Assembly (NCBI GenBank): GCA_950079155.1
Contig: CATMWH010000001.1
Span: 194,982-258,981 of the forward strand
Origin: an uncultured Christensenella sp.
GTDB lineage: Bacteria > Bacillota > Clostridia > Christensenellales > UBA3700
Reading direction: 5' to 3'
Length of the DNA stretch: 64,000 nucleotides
Every line of letters starts with the position of its first letter. Position 1 is the stretch's first letter. Made by a program: the position numbers and the translations under genes. Of this stretch, positions 10,205 to 20,274 are shown in pieces. Under the pieces are notes generated by a model. That model had not been told where the DNA came from. It did not search any database and saw only the letters and a program-made list of their open reading frames with translations.

Positions 10205-12487
10205 TTATTTTACTCCTCTAAATAAATGTCCATACGTTGAATTATCGACACTATTCCCATATTTTTTGCAAAAATTATCTACAATTTCACTAATTTCTTT
10301 TGCCTTGCAACCGCGTAAATTAAGATAGTAATTGCCATTCACAAGCGACAACTTGTTTCTAATATCGACAATTTGCTGATTATATAAAACAAATTGACAA
10401 AAATTAACCTTAATTCTCTCGATTTTATATTCTCCTCGTTTGTCAAAATAACTAAACTCTCCATTATATTTACAATTACCGCATTCGCACCCTGTATTGA
10501 TTTGAACAGGACAATGCAACATCGTCATAATAGGCAATCTACCGTAAGCATAAACCATACCGCCTATCGCCTCTTTGTTTGTCAACTCAACCGAATTTAT
10601 ATAATAGTCTAATCCTATCGAATCAGAATATTTAAAATTATATATATTCAATCCGATTCCGCCAATCAGAGCCTTACCGTATTTTTTTGCAAGATATACT
10701 CCGTAAAGATTATCAGCCACTATACCGTCAAACTTATCAAGATTTTTTGAAAGCCGTTCGTCTATCGTTTTAAAATCCTTACCTCTGGCTACTCTTGGTA
10801 ATTTAAGATATATATTTTCTATTGTTTTCTTAATTAAGCCTGTTTTTGTAATTATCTCATCAAAAACATAATTATCATTTATATAATTAACTACAATATT
10901 GATTTTCTCATCAATATTTTTCAGCGCCTCTAAGTAATCATTGTTTATGTCGATTTCTATGAACATGCGATCTTTGTCTACCGCATTTTCTTTAGCATAA
11001 TAACAATCCAATACATCAGAATAATCTACTCTTTGCTTATGATTTGAATAATCTTGCAAGATTTCTTTTCTCAGTTTCTCCAATACGCTTCTGCGCAAAT
11101 TATTGAGCAAAGACGCAGGAATAAAAAGATTGCTATCTATATCTACGTCGAGTTGAGCAATAAAATCACTATCGCCCAATCTCAACAATTGCTTTGCAAC
11201 AGTGTCAAAATTTGCGCATTGAGAAATACTGGTTTGCGAAACTTCACCCACACACTCCGCTTGAATATCATTATACTTTGCTGTCAAAGACATGTTTTTG
11301 CCTTGTTTTGCAGTAAATTCCATTTTTATGGACAATTTAGGATTAACATCCTTATATTTATTCAATTGCTTAGCGTCTAATGTGAGATGCACTCTACTTC
11401 CTATGGGATAATTTCCAAAATTCTTTATAAGATAATTCTTACCGACCTTCTCTATATTGGTTATTGAAAGTCCTCCCACTTCATTTCCCTTGTTAATTAT
11501 CTTAATTCCATCTCCCTTATTCAACGGTCTGCTTAATTGAAGTGTTGCATTCCCCTTATTAAGTGATAAAACCTTGCCTACTTCTAGTCCGATGTTACTA
11601 TTAAGTTTGTCATACATTATGTCTTTAGAACCTTGATAATTATATCCAAGTGTAAAATTACCTCTATTATAAGCAGTTTTAATACTATTATAGTCAATTT
11701 CCTTGTTATCATCATTTAAAAAGTTGTCTACTGCTTTACGATATTGCGATACAGTCTCGCCAACGTAATGCGGCTGTTTGAGTCTTCCCTCTATCTTTAA
11801 ACTATCTACGCCGAGTTTAGCCAATTGGCTTACTTTATCTATTAGACATTGATCTTTTGGAGACAAAAGATACCCATATTTATTAGAAAGATTGCAGGTA
11901 TACTTCATCCTACACGGCTGATTGCAACGGCCTCGATTTCCACTGTCACCGCTCATCATACTTGACATTAGGCACGCTCCGGAAAAGCTCACACACAATG
12001 CGCCGTGGACAAAATGCTCAATTTCAAGTTTTGTATTATTCTTAATTTCTATTATATCAGAATTTAAAGTTTCTCTGGCAAGTATGACGCGCGTAAATCC
12101 AAGATCCTCAAGCACTTTTGCTCCCGCAAGATTATGTACTCCGATTTGAGTACTGCCGTGCAAAGGTATATCGTATTTTTTAAGAATATCAAGACAACCG
12201 AGATCAGTCACAATAAAAGCATCCACACCCGCTTTTGCTGCAATATCAACGTATTCTGCAAAAATTTCCCTTTCAGATTGCTTGATATTGGTATTAAAAG
12301 TCAAGTATACCTTGACGCCAAATAAATGACAATAATCTACCCAATAAGCAATATTTTCTTTATTAAAATTATCTGCTTTAATTCGGGCATTAAACAAATC
12401 CAGTCCCAAATATACAGCGTCTGCGCCTGCATATATTGCGACTTTCAAGGCTTGAATATTGCCGATAGGAGCCAATACTTCCAACAT
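10205..12487 (-). CDS. U32-family peptidase, long form (~760 aa)
   Basis: N-terminus MLEVLAPIGNIQALKVAIYAGADAVYLG and the conserved HGALCVSFSGACLMS / CNQPCR cysteine motifs typical of peptidase U32 (PrtC/RlhA-like). Confidence 0.85.
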   Translation of the reverse strand: MLEVLAPIGNIQALKVAIYAGADAVYLGLDLFNARIKADNFNKENIAYWVDYCHLFGVKVYLTFNTNIKQSEREIFAEYVDIAAKAGVDAFIVTDLGCLDILKKYDIPLHGSTQIGVHNLAGAKVLEDLGFTRVILARETLNSDIIEIKNNTKLEIEHFVHGALCVSFSGACLMSSMMSGDSGNRGRCNQPCRMKYTCNLSNKYGYLLSPKDQCLIDKVSQLAKLGVDSLKIEGRLKQPHYVGETVSQYRKAVDNFLNDDNKEIDYNSIKTAYNRGNFTLGYNYQGSKDIMYDKLNSNIGLEVGKVLSLNKGNATLQLSRPLNKGDGIKIINKGNEVGGLSITNIEKVGKNYLIKNFGNYPIGSRVHLTLDAKQLNKYKDVNPKLSIKMEFTAKQGKNMSLTAKYNDIQAECVGEVSQTSISQCANFDTVAKQLLRLGDSDFIAQLDVDIDSNLFIPASLLNNLRRSVLEKLRKEILQDYSNHKQRVDYSDVLDCYYAKENAVDKDRMFIEIDINNDYLEALKNIDEKINIVVNYINDNYVFDEIITKTGLIKKTIENIYLKLPRVARGKDFKTIDERLSKNLDKFDGIVADNLYGVYLAKKYGKALIGGIGLNIYNFKYSDSIGLDYYINSVELTNKEAIGGMVYAYGRLPIMTMLHCPVQINTGCECGNCKYNGEFSYFDKRGEYKIERIKVNFCQFVLYNQQIVDIRNKLSLVNGNYYLNLRGCKAKEISEIVDNFCKKYGNSVDNSTYGHLFRGVK

Positions 12488-12540
12488 ATTTTCAGTATAC
12501 CATAAACTTTGGAGATTTTACAGCATTTTTATATGATTGC

Positions 12541-12572
12541 CTTAAAAATGCGCCTCATAAATGAGACGCATT
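12541..12572 (-). terminator. Rho-independent terminator after pheT
   Basis: 11-bp stem (aatgcgtctca/tgaggcgcatt, one G-U pair) with a 4-nt loop, followed by TTTTT on the minus strand. Lies 18 nt after the pheT stop. Confidence 0.75.
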
Positions 12573-12589
12573 TACTTACTTGACTTGAA

Positions 12590-14995
12590 TTATCTTTGAA
12601 CTGCCGAAAATTCGCTTGACAGTTTTGTCAATATTCTATTTATTTTAGCATTGACCTCATCATCCGTCAACGTCCTATCCGGCAATCGGAAAACCAAAGA
12701 TATAGCCACGCTTTTCTTGTCTTTTCCAATCGCATTCTCATTGCGATAGATATCAAATATATTGGTATCTACAAGCAAATTTCCGCCACCTTTTTTCACA
12801 CAAGCAAGCAAATCTCCAGCCAAAACGCTCTCGTCAACAACAATTGCAATATCCCTTTCGACAGGCGGATAACTTGATATAGGAGAAAACGTATAACCGT
12901 AATCGGCAAACTTATTTAGCAAATCCACGTTTATTTCGGCAACATACATTCTTTCAGACACGTCAAAACTCTTTGCAACTTCAGGATGAACCTCTCCCAA
13001 ATAACCTATTACGCTTTTCCCGACGTAAATTTCAGCGCTTCTGCCTTTGTGAAGATAGGTTATATCCGCCCTCTTATACTCAGCGTTTATGCCAAATTTC
13101 TTAAGTATAACTTCTATAACGCCTTTCATAGTAAAGAAATCTTCGCCATCGCCGTATCTGCCCAGAGCAAGCATATTTACTTCCACCGGAAGTTGAGTTA
13201 CAGGAATTTCCTGCGGTATATATACGTTTGCCAATTCAAATAATTTAGTTTTCTTGTTACTCTTCAAGAAGTTACTTGCCAACATAGATATCATACTGTA
13301 AGCCAAAGTAGTTCTCATTATAGACAAATCCTCGCCGAGAGGCTTAAGAAGTTTGATACAATTACGTCTCGAATCATCCTCTTTGAGTTTCAATATATCA
13401 AAGCATTTAGGCGTAGTAAACGAATATGTCAATATTTCGCTCATTCCTCTGCTTACACAAATATCCTTGATAATATCGCTATTCTTCTCCTCGCGATTTT
13501 TACCGCCAAGCGTCTGATTACCACCCTTTAGCAACGTACTTACGACCTTATCATAGCCATACAGTCTAATAACTTCTTCCGCTAGGTCGTTTGCATTTTC
13601 TATATCGTCTCTAAATGCAGGGCAAACGCAAGTAAGTTTGCCGTCTTTATCAATGTTACTCTCGATTTGAAGACTGTTGAGAATATCCAAAACTACATTT
13701 GACGGCACTTCAATACCCAAAATTTCGTTGATTTCTTCCACGCTTGTGACGACGACGCTTCTCGTAAGGTCCTGAGCAAGTCTATCAATAATTCCGTCGG
13801 CTATCTTGCCCCAGCCATACTTATAAATCAACGTCAGAGCGCGCATAATTCCCAATCTTTGGGAGTCAAAATCAATACCTCTCTCATATCTAAAAGATGA
13901 ATCTGAACGCAAATTCAATTTTCTAGAAGTTCTTCTAATATTATCTCTCAAGAATTTTGCCGATTCAAATACTATAGTATTCGTATTTTTGTTGATGCCG
14001 CTATTTAATCCGCCCATAACGCCTGCTATTGCGCAAGGTTTATTTTTGTCGCAGATTACCAACATTGTATCGTCGAGCGTATATTCCTTCTCATTGAGCG
14101 CAATAATTTTTTCGCCGGCTTTGGCTCTTCTGGGAATAATTTTACCGCCCTCCAAATAATTTTTGTCGAAAGCGTGCATAGGCTGACCTATCTCAATCAA
14201 AATATAATTGGTAATGTCGACGATATTATTTATCGGACGCAAACCTACCGACTTTAGCCTCTTTTGAATAATTTCCGGACTGCTTTGTATCTTGATATCC
14301 TTTACAGCTGCCGCCATATATCTAGGACAAAGCGTCTTGTCCCGCACTTCGACGTCGACAATGTCTTCAATTTTTATATTTTTATCCGTTTCAAAGTATA
14401 TTTCAGGCATTTTCAACGGCTTTTTGAGTACCGTAGCCACTTCTCTTGCAATTCCAAGCACACTGTTGCAGTCTGATCTATTTGCGGTAACGCTAATATC
14501 AAGGACGATATCGTCATTCCCCAACACGACGTTGATATCCGTACCCAACGGATACTTTTCTTTATTCATTATCAAAATTCCGTACGCGCCTGCGCCCGAA
14601 TATTCCTCTTCGGTGAGTTTCAATTCCTCGCCAGAGCACAACATACCGTTTGAAGCAACGCCGCGCAATTTACCTTTCTTGATTACCTGACCGGTAGGCA
14701 ACAAAGAGTTGTCCAACGCGACGGGCACTAGGTCACACTCTGACACATTCTGCGCTCCCGTTACAATTTGAACGAGTTCTGTTTCCCCCACGTCAATTTG
14801 ACATATCTGCAACTTATCGGCGTCAGGATGCTTTTCAAGTTTTATTATTTTGCCGAGCACTACATTTTTCATATTAGCGCTAGCATCTATTATTTCTTCC
14901 ACCTCAAAGCCTGCTCCGACAAGTTTATCGGCAAGTTCTTCTACATTAACGTCTATATCTACAAAATCTTTTAACCAACTCAATGAAACTTTCAT
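12590..14995 (-). CDS. pheT: Phenylalanine--tRNA ligase beta subunit
   Basis: 801 aa. MKVSLSWLKDFVDI N-terminus, tRNA-binding OB domain, B3/4 and B5 regions and FDX-ACB C-terminus. Immediately downstream of pheS. Confidence 0.95.
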   Translation of the reverse strand: MKVSLSWLKDFVDIDVNVEELADKLVGAGFEVEEIIDASANMKNVVLGKIIKLEKHPDADKLQICQIDVGETELVQIVTGAQNVSECDLVPVALDNSLLPTGQVIKKGKLRGVASNGMLCSGEELKLTEEEYSGAGAYGILIMNKEKYPLGTDINVVLGNDDIVLDISVTANRSDCNSVLGIAREVATVLKKPLKMPEIYFETDKNIKIEDIVDVEVRDKTLCPRYMAAAVKDIKIQSSPEIIQKRLKSVGLRPINNIVDITNYILIEIGQPMHAFDKNYLEGGKIIPRRAKAGEKIIALNEKEYTLDDTMLVICDKNKPCAIAGVMGGLNSGINKNTNTIVFESAKFLRDNIRRTSRKLNLRSDSSFRYERGIDFDSQRLGIMRALTLIYKYGWGKIADGIIDRLAQDLTRSVVVTSVEEINEILGIEVPSNVVLDILNSLQIESNIDKDGKLTCVCPAFRDDIENANDLAEEVIRLYGYDKVVSTLLKGGNQTLGGKNREEKNSDIIKDICVSRGMSEILTYSFTTPKCFDILKLKEDDSRRNCIKLLKPLGEDLSIMRTTLAYSMISMLASNFLKSNKKTKLFELANVYIPQEIPVTQLPVEVNMLALGRYGDGEDFFTMKGVIEVILKKFGINAEYKRADITYLHKGRSAEIYVGKSVIGYLGEVHPEVAKSFDVSERMYVAEINVDLLNKFADYGYTFSPISSYPPVERDIAIVVDESVLAGDLLACVKKGGGNLLVDTNIFDIYRNENAIGKDKKSVAISLVFRLPDRTLTDDEVNAKINRILTKLSSEFSAVQR

Positions 14996-15005
14996 ATCCG
15001 CTCTC

Positions 15006-16025
15006 CTATTTAAATTCCTTTAAGAATCTCACGTCGTTTTCAAACATAATTCTCATATCGGGAATACCGTATTTTATCATAGCAACTCTTTCTACGCCCA
15101 TTCCGAACGCCAATCCCTTGTATTTTTTACTGTTGATGCCACAATTCTCCAACACCTTTGGATTGACAACTCCTGCGCCGAGCACTTCTATCCAGCCTGT
15201 ACCTTTGCAAACTCTACAGCCCTTTCCGTGACATACCGAACAAGACAGGTCCACCTCTACGCTTGGCTCTGTAAATGGAAAAAATGACGGACGAAATCTG
15301 ACTTTTGTCTTCTTATCAAAGAGTCTTTGTGCAAAAGTCTCCAAAAGCCCCTTTAGATCGCAAAGCGTAACTTTTTCATCAACGACCAATCCTTCAATCT
15401 GCTGGAACATAGGCGAATGCGTAGCGTCATCGTCGGGTCTGTACACCTTGCCGGGACATACGATTCTTATCGGAGGTTGAGTCTTTATCATCGTACGCGT
15501 TTGCATAGAAGACGTATGAGTACGTAAAAGTATATCGTCAGTGATATAAAAAGTATCTTGCATATCTCTTGCAGGATGGTCGGGCGGAATATTGAGCATT
15601 TGAAAACAGTACTTATCAAATTCAATCTCCGGACCTTGACCGAGCGTAAATCCCAAAGAAGTAAATATATCCAAAACCTCATTGCTCACCAATGTACAAG
15701 GATGCAAACTTCCCTTATCCTCACCCTTGCCGTCAAGAGTAATGTCAACTCCTTCTTCAAGCATTTTGGCGTCGATTTCCGCCTGCTCGAGTTCTTTGCT
15801 CTTTTGTTCAGTCATTTGAGTTATGACATCTCTTGCCTCATTGACGTATTTTCCAACAAGCGGTCTTTCTTCTTGCGGAAGGTCTTTCATTCCTCTTAAA
15901 AGTCCGGTCAACTCTCCGCTTTTGCCAAGATACTTAACTTTTACGTTATTGATAGACGCAAGAGTATGACTCTGCTCAATAGCCGACTTTGCTTCTTCGA
16001 TAAGTTTTGCAATCTTTTCTTTCAT
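15006..16025 (-). CDS. pheS: Phenylalanine--tRNA ligase alpha subunit
   Basis: Class II aaRS core (HPARDMQDTFY, FRPSFFPFTEPS, GMGVERVAM). I take the start at ATG 16025, preceded by AGAGAGG. The track start at 16031 is a GTG inside the RBS. Confidence 0.95.
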   Translation of the reverse strand: MKEKIAKLIEEAKSAIEQSHTLASINNVKVKYLGKSGELTGLLRGMKDLPQEERPLVGKYVNEARDVITQMTEQKSKELEQAEIDAKMLEEGVDITLDGKGEDKGSLHPCTLVSNEVLDIFTSLGFTLGQGPEIEFDKYCFQMLNIPPDHPARDMQDTFYITDDILLRTHTSSMQTRTMIKTQPPIRIVCPGKVYRPDDDATHSPMFQQIEGLVVDEKVTLCDLKGLLETFAQRLFDKKTKVRFRPSFFPFTEPSVEVDLSCSVCHGKGCRVCKGTGWIEVLGAGVVNPKVLENCGINSKKYKGLAFGMGVERVAMIKYGIPDMRIMFENDVRFLKEFK

Positions 16026-16041
16026 ATTCACCTCTCTTTAT

Positions 16042-16280
16042 AAAAAAATACGCCCCCATATTAGGGCGTATTAACGCTGTACCACCTAAATTCGTCATTT
16101 ACCTTTATAGGATAACTGACCTCATACAGTTATAACGTAACCAACGGTTTTGCCTACTTATTTCAACAAAACAACTCCAAGGCGAACTCTCCCCAACTCA
16201 CCCTTTGCCCTTTCAGCCCACTGAGGCAAAATCTCTGTCGCTAGTCTTTGCGGGGACACGCTCCTCTTCAACGTTTATAA
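16042..16280 (-). promoter_or_regulatory. T-box riboswitch leader, Phe-specific (UUC specifier), controlling pheST
   Basis: On the minus strand: stem I with an AGAGA/K-turn region (gcgacagagatt), a specifier loop gagaGUUCgcc (UUC = complement of 16184..16186), and the T-box sequence aauuuaGGUGGUACAGCG (16074..16090). A terminator hairpin tacgccc/gggcgta (16049..16070) plus a U7 run follows. Confidence 0.9.
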
Positions 16281-16284
16281 TGAC

Positions 16285-16313
16285 ATTCTATCATTAAAAC
16301 ACTGCAAAATCAA
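16285..16313 (-). promoter_or_regulatory. Sigma-A type promoter for the pheST T-box leader
   Basis: Minus strand reads TTGATT (16313..16308), 17 nt, TAGAAT (16290..16285), with a TGn extended -10. Confidence 0.65.
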
Positions 16314-16378
16314 GTAATTTTACACTTTTGTTTAGCAAAAAGAGTCTCATAGACTACAAAATTTAAAATACTGTTTAT

Positions 16379-17035
16379 TTACAATCGAAGAGAATTGCCA
16401 AAACCATTATGCAAATAAAATTCTGGCACTTTGCCAACTATAAGATTTTGATATACGATCATAGAATTTTGAACTTTGACATTTTTCACGCACAGAGGCA
16501 ACATAACGCTGATGTCTGCAAATAAATCAATATACATACAAAGCAAAGTTTGATTTATCCCGACGCTCTCAAAAGTCGTGCGATAGTTGCATTGAATATT
16601 ACCGATATTCTCAAGTCTAAGCGTATACTTCCCGCCGTAATTGGCAATGACTACGCTTCCCAATATACTGCTATATGGCACTTGCACGTCTTCGCTTTGA
16701 CAAAGAATGTTCACTCCTCTCTGCGATATTGCCGCAACGTCGCGCATAAGAGCATTGATGACCACCATATCTCCGCTTATCAAAGCCACGTTGCCGTCAT
16801 TGTCATATCTTATCTCATAAAAGTTGGACTTATCTTGAAACATCTCGCCCGTCAGCGCTTCCGTAGTCGAGCTGTTGAAAATATCCACGACTCGCGTAGT
16901 GATCAACGCGCTTGCATATTTGTCGACATACTCAATTAAGTTGGCTCTAAAATATAACAGACAACTGATTATTAGTGCAAGAATTATTATCAACGCTAAG
17001 ATTGCTTTAAATTTACGACGCGCGCACCTATACAT
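16379..17035 (-). CDS. Probable sporulation protein YunB-like (N-terminal TM anchor)
   Basis: 218 aa with a single N-terminal TM (ILALIIILALIISCLLYF). Size and overall pattern resemble YunB, and it sits next to the spoVA genes. Assigned from recollection only. Confidence 0.45.
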   Translation of the reverse strand: MYRCARRKFKAILALIIILALIISCLLYFRANLIEYVDKYASALITTRVVDIFNSSTTEALTGEMFQDKSNFYEIRYDNDGNVALISGDMVVINALMRDVAAISQRGVNILCQSEDVQVPYSSILGSVVIANYGGKYTLRLENIGNIQCNYRTTFESVGINQTLLCMYIDLFADISVMLPLCVKNVKVQNSMIVYQNLIVGKVPEFYLHNGFGNSLRL

Positions 17036-17118
17036 ACAATATTATATGCGCGGCAAGCCTTGCAATTTACAATTCAAGCAAGATATTCAGTATACTTAAT
17101 TCAAACTGCAATCATTTG

Positions 17119-17487
17119 TCAAGCCTTTTTGGAGTGAGAGCGGAATATCAATGCAAAGAAAAATCCAAAGAATATTGCCGCGGTAAGTCCGCCCGCCATA
17201 TTCCTAAAGCCATAAGTCACAGCCTCAAAAAGTCCTATTTTTGCTCCTTCTTTTGCGCCCTTTACGATAGTGCTCCCAAAGCCAGTAATAGGAATTGTTA
17301 TTCCTGCGCCTGCAAAATTTTCGATATACTTGAATACACCGATAAGTTCTAAGAATACTCCCAAAAGCAAAAACATAACCAATATTCTTGCCGAAGTCAT
17401 CTTAGTTTTGTTGATAAGAATTTGCGCTATCATACAGACTAATCCGCCTATAGCAAACGCCTTGACGTATCCCAAAAACATTTCCAT
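17119..17487 (-). CDS. spoVAE: Stage V sporulation protein AE (SpoVAEb-like)
   Basis: Small 4-TM protein (FLGYVKAFAIGGLVCMIAQILI..., ITIPITGFGS) paralogous to SpoVAC and placed last in the spoVAC-AD-AE order. Start chosen at ATG 17487, just after the spoVAD stop. Confidence 0.85.
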   Translation of the reverse strand: MEMFLGYVKAFAIGGLVCMIAQILINKTKMTSARILVMFLLLGVFLELIGVFKYIENFAGAGITIPITGFGSTIVKGAKEGAKIGLFEAVTYGFRNMAGGLTAAIFFGFFFALIFRSHSKKA

Positions 17488-17488
17488 A

Positions 17489-18496
17489 TCAATAAAAATC
17501 CTCTCTTTCAATTACTACTGCGTGCGCAATTCCCGGAATACTTTCCCCCTGAAGCGCAGAATCTTTTGACAGCATTGCGCCAGTGGGAACAAATAGTATT
17601 TTCTTCAAAGATTTTTCCACCAATCTTTTATATAGATAAGACGCGAAGACCAAAGAACAACAGCCTGCGCCAGAGCCGCCTTGTCCCGCTTTTTGTTTAT
17701 CGCAATACATCATACTGCCACAGTCGTTGAGATTATCCAAGACGTAACCTTCTTTTTTGCAAAGATAATGCAGCGTTTCTCTGCCAAAGCGTCCCAAGTC
17801 TCCTGTGATTATCAAATCGTAATAATCGGGCGAACGTCCAGTATCCTTAAAGTGTGTGATTATGGTATTTGCTGCGGCAGGAGCCATAGCGCCGCCCATA
17901 TTGTTTGGGTCAGTCAGACCGAAATCAAGCACTCTGCCAATTGTATATCCCTTTACCAGCGGATATTCTCCGGGTTTCTTTGACAGCAAAACCGCTCCGC
18001 TTCCTGTAACAGTCCACTGCGATTCGGGAGTAGGTTGAGTACCAAGTTCCAAAGGATATCTATACTGTCTTTCGGCAGTCGCGTAGTGCGAACTCGTGCA
18101 GCATATTATCTTGTCAAAATCTCCGTTCACAAGCGTGGAGCCGATTGAAAGCGCTTCGCCAAAAGTCGCGCAAGCGTTATACAGTCCCATAAACGGAGTG
18201 TGAAAATCTCTCGCCGAAAATGAGGTCGGCACAATTTGATTTATTAAATCGCCCCCCATTATTGCTCCGCAATCAAGCGGCGACACGTTGACTTTTGCCA
18301 AGCACTCGCTTATTACAAATCTTTGCATTTCGATTTCTGCCATTTCGTGCGACTTGCATTTCCACTCATCGTCTTCCATCACACAGTCAAAATAATCTCT
18401 GAAGTTACCTTTAGATTCGTAAGGTCCCGCCAAAGAATATGCAGATTGGATATAAACTTTGTTGTCAAGCAAATACGTTTGTTTACCGACTTTCAT
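17489..18496 (-). CDS. spoVAD: Stage V sporulation protein AD (thiolase-fold)
   Basis: 335 aa. MKVGKQTY...SLAGPYESKG N-terminus and thiolase/KAS-like core. Lies between spoVAC and spoVAE. Confidence 0.9.
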   Translation of the reverse strand: MKVGKQTYLLDNKVYIQSAYSLAGPYESKGNFRDYFDCVMEDDEWKCKSHEMAEIEMQRFVISECLAKVNVSPLDCGAIMGGDLINQIVPTSFSARDFHTPFMGLYNACATFGEALSIGSTLVNGDFDKIICCTSSHYATAERQYRYPLELGTQPTPESQWTVTGSGAVLLSKKPGEYPLVKGYTIGRVLDFGLTDPNNMGGAMAPAAANTIITHFKDTGRSPDYYDLIITGDLGRFGRETLHYLCKKEGYVLDNLNDCGSMMYCDKQKAGQGGSGAGCCSLVFASYLYKRLVEKSLKKILFVPTGAMLSKDSALQGESIPGIAHAVVIEREDFY

Positions 18497-18515
18497 ATAT
18501 CTCTCCTATTGTATT

Positions 18516-18962
18516 TTAATTAAATAGACCTATTATCCAATAAATCAATCCCGATACCACCGAAGATACCGTACCTGCGACGATTATAGGACCTGCGACA
18601 ACAAACATCTTTGCCATCATACCCAAGACTATGCCTTCTTTGTTAAACTCCATTGCAGGCGAAACGACTGAATTTGCAAAACCAGTGATAGGCACGATAG
18701 AGCCTCCGCCTGCTTTTGCACCCAACTTATCATATACACCAACACCAGTAAAAAACGATCCCAAAAATATCATAGTCATACTGACAAGAGCGGCAATTTT
18801 GGATTTTTCCCAATTGGGAAGCGCAAAAGCAAACAAGTCTCCAAAGCCTTGCCCTATACAGCAAATGACACCGCCTACCAAAAACGCCCAAACAAGCGTA
18901 ACAATATGATTACTTTTTTGCGCGTTGGCGTGCACATATTCCATATATTGCTTATCTTCCAT
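18516..18962 (-). CDS. spoVAC: Stage V sporulation protein AC
   Basis: WAFLVGGVICCIGQG, GGSIVPITGFANS. Start at ATG 18962 with AAAGAGGTGA 5 nt upstream. The track's longer ORF adds 27 unlikely codons. Confidence 0.9.
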   Translation of the reverse strand: MEDKQYMEYVHANAQKSNHIVTLVWAFLVGGVICCIGQGFGDLFAFALPNWEKSKIAALVSMTMIFLGSFFTGVGVYDKLGAKAGGGSIVPITGFANSVVSPAMEFNKEGIVLGMMAKMFVVAGPIIVAGTVSSVVSGLIYWIIGLFN

Positions 18963-18966
18963 TATA

Positions 18967-19068
18967 TCACCTCTTTTTAGATTTATTATGAATGACGTCG
19001 ATTTCTTCGGGAGCCTTAAATCTGATTTCCCTATCCTCGACATTATCTTTAAATAACGGACTCTTCAT
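18967..19068 (-). CDS. Candidate 33-aa small ORF between sigF and spoVAC (MKSPLFKDNVEDREIRFKAPEEIDVIHNKSKKR)
   Basis: ATG 19068 is preceded by AAGGGGGTGA plus 7 nt. Its TGA stop lies inside the spoVAC Shine-Dalgarno (aaaagaGGTGAtataATG). No homology is recognisable. Confidence 0.35.
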   Translation of the reverse strand: MKSPLFKDNVEDREIRFKAPEEIDVIHNKSKKR

Positions 19069-19121
19069 AAAAAAATCACCCCCTTTTAGGATGTTGTCCA
19101 TAAGGCGGTGAATTATACTTC

Positions 19122-19835
19122 TCAAGCCAATGCTTGTTTTAATTGATTTATTACTTTGCTCTCGATTCTGGAAATCTGCACTTGCGACACTCCCAACATT
19201 TGAGCGATTTCGCTCTGCGTCTTGTCTCTGTAATATCGCAAAATAATTACTTTTTTCTCTCTGTCGGGCAACGAGTCTATGCAATCTTTGAGCAAGATTT
19301 TGTTTATCATATCCTCGCTTGTCTCACTTGACGCCAACTTATCCATCACGCATTGGCTGTTGTCGTCCTCATACTTTTCAAATATGGACACCGGATATTT
19401 ATTGCTGTCCATAGCAAAGACGACTTCTTGTTCTTCGATACCGAAATGTATTGCTATTTGCTTGACCGTCGGAGTAAAGTCATTTGCGCAACAATCGTTG
19501 ATATAGGTCTGAATTTTGCTGCACAGGCTTTTCATTGCCCTTGACACCTTGATTGAGCCGTCATCTCTGATAAATCTTTTGATTTCTCCTGCGATCATAG
19601 GCACTGCGTAAGTAGAAAACTTGACATTGAATGTCAAATCAAAGTTGTTGATTGCTTTCACAAGTCCCAAAGCGCCAAGTTGCAAAAGGTCGTCATACTC
19701 CACCTGTTTGTTCCTATACCGCCTTGCAATACTCTTTATCAATGGCATATTTTCGCTGATTAAGGTGCTTTTTGCGCTTTCGTCGCCTGCTTTTGCCTGA
19801 TTGAGTAGATCTATTGTTGTTTGATAATCGAGCAT
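19122..19835 (-). CDS. sigF: RNA polymerase sporulation sigma factor SigF
   Basis: Sigma-70 regions 2-4 (DLLQLGALGLVKAINNFD, STYAVPMIAGEIKRFIRDD, QSEIAQMLGVSQVQISRIE). Sits directly after spoIIAA-spoIIAB. Confidence 0.92.
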   Translation of the reverse strand: MLDYQTTIDLLNQAKAGDESAKSTLISENMPLIKSIARRYRNKQVEYDDLLQLGALGLVKAINNFDLTFNVKFSTYAVPMIAGEIKRFIRDDGSIKVSRAMKSLCSKIQTYINDCCANDFTPTVKQIAIHFGIEEQEVVFAMDSNKYPVSIFEKYEDDNSQCVMDKLASSETSEDMINKILLKDCIDSLPDREKKVIILRYYRDKTQSEIAQMLGVSQVQISRIESKVINQLKQALA

Positions 19836-19836
19836 A

Positions 19837-20259
19837 TCATTCCTTCTTAAATTCTTTTTGCATAATCACTTTTGTTCCTTTGTCTTTTTGTGAGATGATA
19901 TCCACTTTATCCATAAATGTTTTGATAAGCGTAAAGCCCATACCGCTTCGCTCCTGATCTGGCTTTGTAGTATAGAACGGTTGAATTGCCTTTTCCACGT
20001 CATCAATTCCACACCCTTCGTCCTCTATAATTATTTCAACTTTTCCGTTTTCTATACGTACGGACAGGTCTATGTATTTTCCTTCTTGAGAATTGTACGC
20101 GTGCACGATACAGTTGGTCACAGCCTCCGATACTGCAGTCTTTACATCGTTTATTTCTTCCAAAGTCGGATTGAGTTCCAGACAAAATGCCGACACACAA
20201 CTCCTTGCAAAACTTTCATTTCCCGTCTTGGACAACAATTTTAGTTTAAATTCATTCAT
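19837..20259 (-). CDS. spoIIAB: Anti-sigma F factor / serine kinase SpoIIAB
   Basis: GHKL ATPase motifs VSEAVTNCIVHAY, DEGCGI and ERSGMGFTLIKTFMD. 140 aa. Confidence 0.93.
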   Translation of the reverse strand: MNEFKLKLLSKTGNESFARSCVSAFCLELNPTLEEINDVKTAVSEAVTNCIVHAYNSQEGKYIDLSVRIENGKVEIIIEDEGCGIDDVEKAIQPFYTTKPDQERSGMGFTLIKTFMDKVDIISQKDKGTKVIMQKEFKKE

Positions 20260-20274
20260 ATTTAACCTCGCCTA

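Noticed and set aside
16318-16326. A third direct copy of TTTTACACT (the putative operator of the HTH cassette) just upstream of the pheS promoter -35.
   Set aside because: My rough estimate from base composition is about one chance occurrence of this AT-rich 9-mer in 128 kb of two-strand sequence. A single copy with no partner is not evidence of regulation.
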